This document shows, in pieces, positions 29,408 to 38,636 of a DNA stretch of 64,000 nucleotides (positions are counted from its first letter, which is position 1; each line of letters begins with the position of its first letter). A program made the position numbers and the translations under genes. The notes under the pieces are model-generated. The model had not been told where the DNA came from, made no database searches, and worked only from the letters and a program-made list of their open reading frames with translations. Origin of the DNA: a virus; IMG/VR virus record IMGVR_UViG_3300039183_000005, positions 64,001 through 128,000 of that record, one strand, 5' to 3'.

Positions 29408-30120
29408 AACAACCTCCTTGCTGTTCCTATTCCATAATCTGGGAATTTTTCATTAATCATTTTGTCATTCACTAATTGTTTGTTGAACAAAGTTTCATCA
29501 ATTGCATCAAATACTGCTTTCGGACCTATGTGAATATTTGTATCACGCATAATAACAGTACCGAATGGTGATAAAAATTCCGTGAAACACCAATCATTGA
29601 TAGTCATTTCTATTGAATGATCACCATCAATCATAAGCAAATCTATTGTTGACATTCCAAGTTTTAACATATATTCCCGTATTCTATGTCTGAATTTGGA
29701 ATCAATAGTTATGGTGTATATGTTTTGGGCTGGATTGTTTATAGCAGAATTATCATTTATGTCGACACCAAGATACACGCAATTACAATGTTTTTCTTCT
29801 AATATGGCTCTGGTTGTTGACAATAATGGTTCTTGATATACATTTATTCCAATTTCCAATATATTTTTAGTTGATGGTAGCACTAAACTTCTTATTAGAT
29901 CGGTATGAACTTTTCTTACAGATGGTCCGTTGTGAACTAGAGGTATATTTGGTTCTATATTCGATTCAATGCACATTGGTAATCCAAAACCCTCCCCAAC
30001 ACGTGTAAACATTCTTTGCTCTTTATCGGAATACTCTGGTTCTATTGTTGGACAATATTTTAGACCATGAATTATAGATGGTTTTCTTTTCCAGTTTCGC
30101 ATCATATCTTTTTCTGACAT
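29404..30120 (-). CDS. Class I SAM-dependent methyltransferase (Methyltransf_24-like)
   Basis: ILEIG, GVD, IDLLMIDGDHS, GTVIMRD. Confidence 0.8.
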   Translation of the reverse strand: MSEKDMMRNWKRKPSIIHGLKYCPTIEPEYSDKEQRMFTRVGEGFGLPMCIESNIEPNIPLVHNGPSVRKVHTDLIRSLVLPSTKNILEIGINVYQEPLLSTTRAILEEKHCNCVYLGVDINDNSAINNPAQNIYTITIDSKFRHRIREYMLKLGMSTIDLLMIDGDHSIEMTINDWCFTEFLSPFGTVIMRDTNIHIGPKAVFDAIDETLFNKQLVNDKMINEKFPDYGIGTARRLF

Positions 30121-30122
30121 TT

Positions 30123-30716
30123 TTACTCCAATACTTTAAATATCTTACGTTCTTCTCCGGATGTAGTCATATCTACAAAAGAAACTACTTCACACTTTCT
30201 ATTGAATTTAGATACCCATTCGTTAAATGCCTTTTCTTCGTGATCATTAAATTCTGGATCATGTTTATAGAACCATTCATCAAAAACAATAATAGTTCCA
30301 TTTACAATGTAATCATTTAAAGTCCACAGTACTTCTTTCGCAGAACTGTAAATGTCTGAGTCAATATGTAATAATGCAATCGGCTGTGCAGTTTTCAAAT
30401 ATTCAGGTAATGTATCGGAAAACCATCCAACATAGAATTTTACACCGTCTATTTGTGGTACCTCGCCATCTGTAGAAAAATATCCAGGTGGCACAACTTC
30501 CTTTCCGTTTTTGTCAATCCATGGTTCTGGCAGACCAGCGAAAGAATCGAATCCAAACACCAGAAACGAATTATCTAGCGTCTGCCTTATGGTGCGAATA
30601 GTATCGCCCCTACAAACACCGAATTCTAAAACGTGTTTATATCGATCGTTTAATAGTGTGAGTCCATATTGCAAGCTAGAATATTTCACGACAAGACCTT
30701 TCTTTATAGATATCAA
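30123..30716 (-). CDS. TylF/MycF family sugar O-methyltransferase
   Basis: LEFGV, GFDSFAGLPE, GWFSDTL, ALLHIDSDIYSS, IVFDE. Start may be GTG 30689. Confidence 0.85.
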   Translation of the reverse strand: MISIKKGLVVKYSSLQYGLTLLNDRYKHVLEFGVCRGDTIRTIRQTLDNSFLVFGFDSFAGLPEPWIDKNGKEVVPPGYFSTDGEVPQIDGVKFYVGWFSDTLPEYLKTAQPIALLHIDSDIYSSAKEVLWTLNDYIVNGTIIVFDEWFYKHDPEFNDHEEKAFNEWVSKFNRKCEVVSFVDMTTSGEERKIFKVLE

Positions 30717-31344
30717 ATACTTTACTAAAATTAGCTAAAAATTCTTGATCTTCAGTTGAAACATCAAACGGTTTATTATTGGGCGGATGCCAGCCAACTG
30801 TTTTTGTTATTGTAAACGATGATTTTCTTTTCCATCCGAGTCGTTGTTGAACCTTATCAAGAATAACTTCTTGGTCTTTTCGCATTTGTTCATAGGTTAT
30901 GGTCAAATCTGCATACGACAACCAAAACATATTTGTTAACAACCATAATTCTGGTGGCGTTGCGAGTTGGTCCTGTATCCAACTTCTTCTTGGTTGAGAT
31001 ACTATTTTGTCATCAAAATAAATTTTGCAATCACCTGTTATTCTAGGCATTTTTCTATATGGCGTTCTTATAAAATCTGAAAAATTATTTAATTTAATAC
31101 CATTTCGTTCTCTCATTCTAAATACAGACATTAAAACGTGTTGGATATTGCGGCTACAATGAAATATATATGCTCGTCTAAATTTTTCTCGTATCTCGGT
31201 ATCAAATTTATGTCCACCAAACATATCCATATACTTTTTATATGGAGTGACGAAATTGTCAAATATAGTTTTTAGTACCCAATGTGTTCCGCTTCTTGGA
31301 TGTGTAACCAGTCGCAATCTGTCTTTCTTAAATTTTGGCTTCAT
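30676..31344 (-). CDS. Sulfotransferase domain protein
   Basis: PAPS-binding loop THPRSGTHW, RN...VLMS, ITYEQM. Confidence 0.75.
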   Translation of the reverse strand: MKPKFKKDRLRLVTHPRSGTHWVLKTIFDNFVTPYKKYMDMFGGHKFDTEIREKFRRAYIFHCSRNIQHVLMSVFRMRERNGIKLNNFSDFIRTPYRKMPRITGDCKIYFDDKIVSQPRRSWIQDQLATPPELWLLTNMFWLSYADLTITYEQMRKDQEVILDKVQQRLGWKRKSSFTITKTVGWHPPNNKPFDVSTEDQEFLANFSKVFDIYKERSCREIF

Positions 31345-32905
31345 TATTAACCTCTAAAAGATTCATTAACATCAATTTTCCCAAATGAAACAACATATCG
31401 GCATATGGCTGGTGATGCAGTACTGCTATATTTAAATAAATCAAAGCAGTTAAAACTTCTACTTTATGAAAATCATAGTGATTTTTTATGAGATATTTAC
31501 GAAACCAGGCTTCGCAATCAATAAGCGTTTGTCGCCTAAGTAGATCAAAATTAACTATATTACCATCTACATTAGCTTTATATAAACCATTGCGTATGAT
31601 ACCATGCGCAACAATTAGACCATGCCGCAATTTGGCCAGATCATAGTATATATCTCCGTAACCTATAAGACCACCAAAATTTTGTCGCCAGTCTAGCAGC
31701 TTAAAATCATTACCAGTATCTATTGTATTTTCAAAATGTAAATCACCGTGAAATCTTACTGGAATACCTTCCGATATCCATTTCCAGTTTACGCTATTGA
31801 GTAATTCTTTTATTGGTGGAACAACAACACTATTAATACATTGTGATGAATCTCTGCGACAAAATCGTTCAAAATATTCCCGTACTCGCCGAAATGTTTT
31901 GTCTTGATAAAATTTACGGTAGATTTCTCTTACTTCGACGGTAAGAAGTTGTCGATCTTCCCATAAACCTTCCAACCATTCTAAAAAGTCTTTAAATCTA
32001 GATAAAGTAATAGTGTCAGATAATACTTTACCATTTACTTTTCTATAACAATACATATTTTGTGTACTGTTTTCTATCTGTGGAATATATCCATTTAAAG
32101 ATAATTTAGCTCGCTGTACTCTTTGTGCTATAAATTTTTTATCAGTAGAAAATTTAATAACACGATTATTACAAAACCAAATATGTTCTTGTGTTTTTGG
32201 TAAGATATTTGGATCATCTTCTTTGCTAAATATTTTATTAGCACAATTCAACGCTTCAACAGTACCGGTGTCATACCACGTAAATTTTATTCCATGTACG
32301 GGTTGATTTTTTATCATTAACGCTAATGCAAATGATTCTCCCTGATTGATTGTTCCTTCTTCTAGTGCTTGGTCCATAGCAATCCAAAATGTTCTATAAT
32401 CATTGATACCACAAACGCCAACATATGCTTTTGCTTCTGTGTGGTCCCCCTTTTCCCCTATGTTTTTAATTATGGTATTATCCCAAGAATCAACAACGAC
32501 TGAACGATAATCATTGCCAGCTCGAATATCTGCATAGCCTATCCAATCACAATCGGGCGGTGGAACATCTTCTGTCACAATAGCATCGTTGGTAAAAAAG
32601 ATAAATGGACATTGCAATATATCTTTATAATTACATAAATCCGCCGTAAGACCCTTTCTCTTAGCCCAAACAAAAGTAAAATTGCGATCAGGATAAGCTA
32701 ATGTGAGAAATTCTTTTACCAATTCCCCTTTGTGTCCTAAGTCGATAATGATTTCTATATCCTTAGGAAACTTTTCTATAATATATGAAATAATGGGGCG
32801 ATTGGCAACTGGAACCAATGTTTTGTTCACATGGTCACAATGATTACCAAGCCTAGAGCCTACACCGGCAGTTGGTATTAATACTTTATATTTATTTGCG
32901 TCCAT
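31328..32905 (-). CDS. Sugar nucleotidyltransferase fused to an APH/choline-kinase-like phosphotransferase
   Basis: IPTAGVGSRL...NKTLVPV, WYDTG; C-terminal FHGDLHFEN, LLDWR, GDIYYDLAKL. Confidence 0.85.
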   Translation of the reverse strand: MDANKYKVLIPTAGVGSRLGNHCDHVNKTLVPVANRPIISYIIEKFPKDIEIIIDLGHKGELVKEFLTLAYPDRNFTFVWAKRKGLTADLCNYKDILQCPFIFFTNDAIVTEDVPPPDCDWIGYADIRAGNDYRSVVVDSWDNTIIKNIGEKGDHTEAKAYVGVCGINDYRTFWIAMDQALEEGTINQGESFALALMIKNQPVHGIKFTWYDTGTVEALNCANKIFSKEDDPNILPKTQEHIWFCNNRVIKFSTDKKFIAQRVQRAKLSLNGYIPQIENSTQNMYCYRKVNGKVLSDTITLSRFKDFLEWLEGLWEDRQLLTVEVREIYRKFYQDKTFRRVREYFERFCRRDSSQCINSVVVPPIKELLNSVNWKWISEGIPVRFHGDLHFENTIDTGNDFKLLDWRQNFGGLIGYGDIYYDLAKLRHGLIVAHGIIRNGLYKANVDGNIVNFDLLRRQTLIDCEAWFRKYLIKNHYDFHKVEVLTALIYLNIAVLHHQPYADMLFHLGKLMLMNLLEVNNEAKI

Positions 32906-33239
32906 AATCATCTTTAACACGAACTACATCGTCCAATTCTGGAGTCGATGTCTCTAGATATATTACGTCAGTTATTCCTTCCATACGATGTGTTCTACCA
33001 GGAACAATAGTATGGCAATCTCCAGGATTTAAAACTATATCTTCCCAAGTTGAATCCGAACCTTCAAAATTTGTGGTGAATAATAATGTACCACTTATTA
33101 CCAAAATTGTTTCCCTTTTTTGTTCGTGATATTGTAAACTACAGCGATTTCCAGCTTTCATAAATAGTCGTTTTACAACGTACTTATCGTTAACTTCTAA
33201 AATTTCTTCATAACCCCATGGCTTTTCTATTCTTTTCAT
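32892..33239 (-). CDS. Cupin protein (mannose-6-phosphate isomerase type II C-terminal-like)
   Basis: EKPWGYE, SLQYHEQKRET, HRM, ETSTPELDDVVR. Confidence 0.85.
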   Translation of the reverse strand: MKRIEKPWGYEEILEVNDKYVVKRLFMKAGNRCSLQYHEQKRETILVISGTLLFTTNFEGSDSTWEDIVLNPGDCHTIVPGRTHRMEGITDVIYLETSTPELDDVVRVKDDYGRK

Positions 33240-33243
33240 ATTA

Positions 33244-34284
33244 TTATCCTAACGCAAATAAATAATGTTCAATTACCTTGCTTATCTCATTAACTATATT
33301 TTCCTTGATATTAATTTTTTTAGCCAATTTTTCAACTAACTCCTGATATGTTGACCCATTAAAATGGTAATGACCAGCAATAAGTGTAAATAACATCCAC
33401 TGCGGATTAGTCGAAAACCAGTCTACATTAAATCCGCGAACAACAGCAATGCGTGATTGATCAACCCATTTGCGCCATCGATCACCATTCATGACTTCTG
33501 AAACAAATTTCCGTGTGTCAATACCATAAATCAGAGCTTGCGACAATACATAGTTTGTTTGTACAACACCGAGCTGTGGCGCTATATTAACTGCATCAAC
33601 AACTCCCTTTCTCCAATTTATATCTTCTGTACTTAGGTAATCTGCATTATGTTCCTTTAATTTCACATTAAGGGTTTTTAATTCATAATGTATTATGCCA
33701 GTATGATACACTTTGAAGTTGCTAGTATTATGAATTTCTCGCACTAGGCTTCCAGTTTGCACGACATAAAAGAGAGGGTTAGCCACTTGCTGACACGTTT
33801 TAACGTCTGAAACAATTTTGTCCACATCTGTTTCTGTCACGCCGATATTTTCATCTGTACCAATTTCAAACATTACATCTGATTTAATTCCAATAGCAAA
33901 TTTCATCAATTCTTGGGTATGCCGTAATTTTTCTTCGTGCGATACTTTCATGTGGCATAAGTCAATATGAATCAAATCGAATCCATTTTCTAGGTCGTTT
34001 CGTATAGTTTCTCTTGTCGCATCTAAATTGTATTCTGGTTCCAATCCAAAACCTGGACCACAATGATCGCGACAGATCATAATTTTTGCTTTTCGATATT
34101 TTCTGCGCATTTTGGCTACATATTCAACATATTCTTTTGTGGTAAAAACATATCCATTTTTTGCATTGACTTGATTGCGAGAACAAATTAGCATTAATGG
34201 TTGCTTAAATTTATGAGAATACCTAAAAACAGCTTCAACAACTTCTTTACTCATCGGTCCACAGGCTAACTTAGATATTGACAT
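33244..34284 (-). CDS. GatZ/KbaZ-like (tagatose-6-phosphate epimerase/aldolase family) protein
   Basis: SRNQV...GY, RDHCGP, IHID, EIGTDE, KEHNADY, NIAPQLG. Confidence 0.75.
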   Translation of the reverse strand: MSISKLACGPMSKEVVEAVFRYSHKFKQPLMLICSRNQVNAKNGYVFTTKEYVEYVAKMRRKYRKAKIMICRDHCGPGFGLEPEYNLDATRETIRNDLENGFDLIHIDLCHMKVSHEEKLRHTQELMKFAIGIKSDVMFEIGTDENIGVTETDVDKIVSDVKTCQQVANPLFYVVQTGSLVREIHNTSNFKVYHTGIIHYELKTLNVKLKEHNADYLSTEDINWRKGVVDAVNIAPQLGVVQTNYVLSQALIYGIDTRKFVSEVMNGDRWRKWVDQSRIAVVRGFNVDWFSTNPQWMLFTLIAGHYHFNGSTYQELVEKLAKKINIKENIVNEISKVIEHYLFALG

Positions 34285-34642
34285 CGGTCATACCCTCATT
34301 TCGTTTCAAGTTAACACATGCCGCTGTTTTCCCTTTACGATCAAGTTTTACGTCATTAATTACCACACGTTGTCCCCGTGGCAGATTCATTATTAAATTA
34401 TGATAATGCAAATCTACCTCATTCAATTGTTGCTCTGTAATCAATCTAAGACTTTCTGGCCGACCAGTTGTTAAGATAATAGTATATCCCTTTCTAATCC
34501 ACTCACAGAATTTGTCCTTTACTCCTGGTAGTACCACTGGTTTTTGGGTCGCTATGGCTAGTTTACCAGGATGGAAAAAAATACAACCATCGATATCGCA
34601 AAAAATTGTTTTGACATGAATTGCATGGTCAATTCGTGACAT
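34271..34642 (-). CDS. HAD-superfamily phosphatase
   Basis: FCDIDG, TTGR, VVIND. Confidence 0.85.
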   Translation of the reverse strand: MSRIDHAIHVKTIFCDIDGCIFFHPGKLAIATQKPVVLPGVKDKFCEWIRKGYTIILTTGRPESLRLITEQQLNEVDLHYHNLIMNLPRGQRVVINDVKLDRKGKTAACVNLKRNEGMTDVNI

Positions 34643-36974
34643 TTACAGGCTCCTCGTCAAAAATTTCATTTCCATTATCTTCGTTTATTAAATCCTGAGC
34701 TTTCCAAAGTTTATCCAATGCTGTAACTCCAAGAAGATCAAATTTAACAGCACCCATAGCTTCAGCGCTTGACATTTCTAAACCAACTACACGATCCTTA
34801 TTTTTAACATCATATACTAGTGGAACCAATTCTGCTATTGGTCTATCTGCAATTACAACTCCAGCGGCATGTTTTGATTGAGATTTTTTAGTTCCTTCAA
34901 TTCTCATCGCTTGGTCAAATAATGGTTTATACCATTCGTAGGCGTCCTGAACTTGTTCTACATGATGTATAGCCCACTGTAAAATACCGTAATTATCACC
35001 CTGTTCTTCTCTGGCTTGTCTCAATTCATCTGCTATCGTTGCTTCGTCTGGAATATGCTGTGTAATATCGTTGCATAAATCATGAGGTGTCATATTTACA
35101 TCATCTGGACTTTTCCCTTCTTTCACAGCTTTAACTTTCATAAGACGCTTTACTTCATCAGGATTAGCTCTGAATACCTCTTTGAGTGCTGCCTTTCCCT
35201 GTAGTCGTCCAAATGTAATCATTTGCGCCACATATTCTTCGCCCCATCGCTTTTTGAGATAGGAAATAACTTCACTGCGGAATATAACGCCTATATCTGT
35301 GTCTATGTCTGGGAGGCTAATGTGGCCATCATGGGTTTTAACCTTTTTATTTATATCAAGCTCATTACGTCCAGCTAATGTCAACCCAAGTCCACATGCT
35401 AAGTGAGAATTTGAAAGATTATCGGCAGGTTTTTCTTTGATCATATCGAATAGATACATCCACATACGTGGGTTCTTTTTATCAATCCATTCGACTTCTT
35501 CTCTCATGGTATCTGTAAATTCTACTTTTCCCCATTTTATTCGTCTAGCAAGATGCATGGCCACAGCTTTGCGCTCAGCATCAACATCTCTAGTATGCAA
35601 CATTTCGAAGTTATCAGACATCCACGACATAAAATCAATTGATCCTACATCGAAATGCGGCGGAATATTACGACTTACGTTATAGAATCGTTCAAAGTAA
35701 AGACCATATTCGATTGGATCAATTCCAGTAATCCCTGTCAAATAATTAACTAACGATCCAGCACCAGAGCCACGCCCCTTACCTCTTGGGCCGTTACGGC
35801 TATCAATAAACTTACAAACATCCCAAACAATAAGGAAGTAATCTGCCAGTCCAGCTTCTTGTATAACGATTAATTCTTTTTGTAATCGATCCCAATAGAT
35901 TTTTTTCTGTCTAGAATCTAGATTGGCAAGTTTTGACTTAGCCCCCTCTATACATAAGTACTTAAGGTAGGCGTTGGAATCAAGTCCTAGTTTAGTAGCT
36001 TCTTGATTTGTAAATACTGGTAGATACGGATTGTGTCCAAGCGACGAATATTCTATTCGATCAGCAATATTTAGCGTTGCTTGAAGTTCCGCTTCGGTAA
36101 ATTTTTTGCGCATTTCTTCATATGATGGAATGTAGTAGTTATCTGAAATGAAAAAATCCATTACGTCACCAGTCTGTTGTCTCCTTCTTTCTTGATCTTC
36201 CTTAGTTGTGTGGAGCTGTGCGCACAACAATAGTCGTTGATCTTCTGCATCTTCTCTTTTACAATAATGAGCATCAATTGTAGCTACTGTTGGAACTCCT
36301 GTTTCTTTGCTTAATTCCCTTAAGCACTCTACTACTACTGTTTGAATTCCCATCCCCTCATCTTGTAGTTCTAAATAATAGTTGTCTGCCCCGAAAATTG
36401 ATATATGTTTTTGGATAATCGCTTTGCCAACATCTTTCCAGTTTGGTTTAAGATATTTTCTTGCCTCGGAAACGTTGTTGTTATGACCAGCTATAATAGC
36501 GGCTTTAAAATCTACAAACAGAGATGTAGGCAACTCTCCTGCAATACACGCCGTCAGGAAAATAAAATTTCCACGCTTAGCAAACGGAGCAATGCCTTCT
36601 AAGTGTATACGTGGTTTGCGGTAAAAATAGTCCGGCCTGTTCATTTCCGAAACCAAAGCCATCAAATCTTTAATTCCATTATCATTTTTTGCTAGAATAA
36701 TAAGATGATATCTTTTGTTGTTTTCTGTTGTTTTGATATCGGCTTCCAGTGGACAAATATATGCTTCTATTCCAATAATTGGTTTAATTTTTTTCTTTTT
36801 TGCTGCGTCGTAAAATGCTTTCATACCGGCAATCGATCCATGATCTGTCAGCGCACATTCCGGCAGACCTAATTCTACGCATCGATTTACGATATCTTTT
36901 GGGGATGGTACTCCATCAAGAAGGCTATAGTACGAATGAAGGTGGAGTGGAATATATACAGTTTGACTCATCAT
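34629..36974 (-). CDS. dnaE: DNA polymerase III alpha subunit, N-terminal half (PHP + palm/thumb) of a split DnaE
   Basis: LHLHSYYSLLDG, LTDHG, DAHY, GRGSGAGSLV, LPDIDTD, SKHAAGVVI, VKFDLLG, then a stop. Confidence 0.95.
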   Translation of the reverse strand: MMSQTVYIPLHLHSYYSLLDGVPSPKDIVNRCVELGLPECALTDHGSIAGMKAFYDAAKKKKIKPIIGIEAYICPLEADIKTTENNKRYHLIILAKNDNGIKDLMALVSEMNRPDYFYRKPRIHLEGIAPFAKRGNFIFLTACIAGELPTSLFVDFKAAIIAGHNNNVSEARKYLKPNWKDVGKAIIQKHISIFGADNYYLELQDEGMGIQTVVVECLRELSKETGVPTVATIDAHYCKREDAEDQRLLLCAQLHTTKEDQERRRQQTGDVMDFFISDNYYIPSYEEMRKKFTEAELQATLNIADRIEYSSLGHNPYLPVFTNQEATKLGLDSNAYLKYLCIEGAKSKLANLDSRQKKIYWDRLQKELIVIQEAGLADYFLIVWDVCKFIDSRNGPRGKGRGSGAGSLVNYLTGITGIDPIEYGLYFERFYNVSRNIPPHFDVGSIDFMSWMSDNFEMLHTRDVDAERKAVAMHLARRIKWGKVEFTDTMREEVEWIDKKNPRMWMYLFDMIKEKPADNLSNSHLACGLGLTLAGRNELDINKKVKTHDGHISLPDIDTDIGVIFRSEVISYLKKRWGEEYVAQMITFGRLQGKAALKEVFRANPDEVKRLMKVKAVKEGKSPDDVNMTPHDLCNDITQHIPDEATIADELRQAREEQGDNYGILQWAIHHVEQVQDAYEWYKPLFDQAMRIEGTKKSQSKHAAGVVIADRPIAELVPLVYDVKNKDRVVGLEMSSAEAMGAVKFDLLGVTALDKLWKAQDLINEDNGNEIFDEEPVNVTN

Positions 36975-37680
36975 CTCTCCTTATGTGTTTGATGTTTTTT
37001 TATACGATCTATGGTGACAATATGTACGTTGAACAGTTTAGCAATTTCTTTTGAAGAAACTTGTTTTTTAATCAATAATCTAATTTCCGTCAAATCATCT
37101 GTTGTTAATTTAGAACTACCAATATTAATACGATTTTTAATTGATAATCCATGAGTTAAATGTTTCCACAATCTCCCATTTTCAATATTTGATATTGTTG
37201 ATTGACTTACATTGAATTGTTTTGCTATTTGATGTTGAGGCATACCATTCGCTACAAGTTTCAGAATCTCTATTACATGTTTTTCATGAAGTTTAGAATT
37301 ACCATTTTTTGGCCACGACTTATATCTGGATTATTAGAAAACCAATGGTTACCATCCTTTATCATATCTTGCATATTATTTTGATGAGTATCCCATCTTA
37401 AATTCTCTATTGAATTATTTTCAGAATTACCATCATTGTGACAAACTTCCATATTATTTACACGAGGCCCAACAAAAGCTAATAATATCAACTGATGAAC
37501 ATAAAATTTTGTTTTAATTTTATTTTTCCACAATGAAACCATTAATCTATATTTATTTCCATTTTTGTTTTTCCATGGTTTTAATATTTTATTGCGTAAT
37601 ATGCTTTTTATTCTACCAGAATTAGAAGCTTGATACAATCCTTCATACCCAGGAATATCTTTCCATTGTTCTTTATCCAT
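36971..37680 (-). pseudogene. NUMOD4-HNH homing endonuclease, frameshifted at an A6 run (37305-37310)
   Basis: WKDIPGYEGLYQASNSG and HNH motif. One extra A joins RGQK to NGNSKLHEKHVIEILKL and ORF 36971..37243, matching paralog 48774..49277 (RGQRNGKSKL). Confidence 0.8.
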
Positions 37681-38632
37681 TAGCTATCTCCACGGATTTA
37701 CCAGTGATCACTTGGTCTCCACAGTCAAAACCAGCGTACCGATCCTCAACATACTCACTTCCCAATGTGTGTAAATCACTCCATATTCTATCGCATATAC
37801 CATTATTATTAAAGCCACACATCCGACAAGTCCATTTTCGATTACGTCTTACCAAAGTGTCTTTTTTTATTGTTGTAAAAAAACGATGGAGAGCAGCTAT
37901 AGTCATAGCTATATCTTCCTGGGACAAAGCAATTGTTATTGGGCCACCATCGTTAGTATAGTAGAAGGTAATAAGAATGTTTTTATATTTAGGGTATAGG
38001 AAATATGCTGCTAAATGATATAATCTTGATTGAACTTCTCTCATTAACAATACTTCGTCCATTGGTTTTTGAGTATAAAAATCCTTTCGGTTTCCTGTCT
38101 TCCAATCAACAATTTCAATAGTTTCTTCGTCAAGCTCATGAACAAGGTCGATAAAACCACGAACAGCAAATTGATGTGGCTTACCATCTTTATCTTGGCA
38201 TAGCCATTCTTCTCCTGGCAGTTCTATTGCGAACCAACGCTCTATATCAATAATACCGTTGAGGTTATATGGATTATAAAATGGATCATCTAATACAGTT
38301 TCTAACGCAATCCTACACTTTTTGAAATCAGCAGCTTCTTTATATTCACCAGTATTTTTATCAATTCGAGTAGTCACGCGACGAATAATAACTTCTGGCG
38401 ATTTGGCCGTCAGTTCATCCCATGCACGATTCAATAACCACATTGGATCAACATTTGTTTTACCACGTTTGCGAAGCCTAGCCATCCACTCTAGTGTTTG
38501 GTGAACAATTTTACCCTGCAAGGCCGCTTTTCCGGTACCTGATTCTATTCCCAATATATATTGAAGAAAATAGGAAAACGGACAATGGTTATATAATTTA
38601 ATTGCACTTGCACTACATTTAACCACTCTCAT
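37673..38632 (-). CDS. PD-(D/E)XK nuclease, Cas4/RecB-like with 4-Cys cluster
   Basis: SASAIKLYNHCP, GFIDLV, IVDWKTG, CRMC...C. Confidence 0.85.
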   Translation of the reverse strand: MRVVKCSASAIKLYNHCPFSYFLQYILGIESGTGKAALQGKIVHQTLEWMARLRKRGKTNVDPMWLLNRAWDELTAKSPEVIIRRVTTRIDKNTGEYKEAADFKKCRIALETVLDDPFYNPYNLNGIIDIERWFAIELPGEEWLCQDKDGKPHQFAVRGFIDLVHELDEETIEIVDWKTGNRKDFYTQKPMDEVLLMREVQSRLYHLAAYFLYPKYKNILITFYYTNDGGPITIALSQEDIAMTIAALHRFFTTIKKDTLVRRNRKWTCRMCGFNNNGICDRIWSDLHTLGSEYVEDRYAGFDCGDQVITGKSVEIANG

Positions 38633-38636
38633 TATG

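Noticed and set aside
26402-34628. Intervening region as a self-splicing intron or transposon within dnaE
   Set aside because: It consists of 11 intact, tightly packed metabolic ORFs with no transposase, maturase, terminal repeats or non-coding structured RNA space.
15899-34642. Bacterial capsule/O-antigen locus, i.e. a cellular chromosome
   Set aside because: No export or polymerisation genes. Embedded among phage replication genes, homing endonucleases and virion-type genes, with no ribosomal or core cellular operons.
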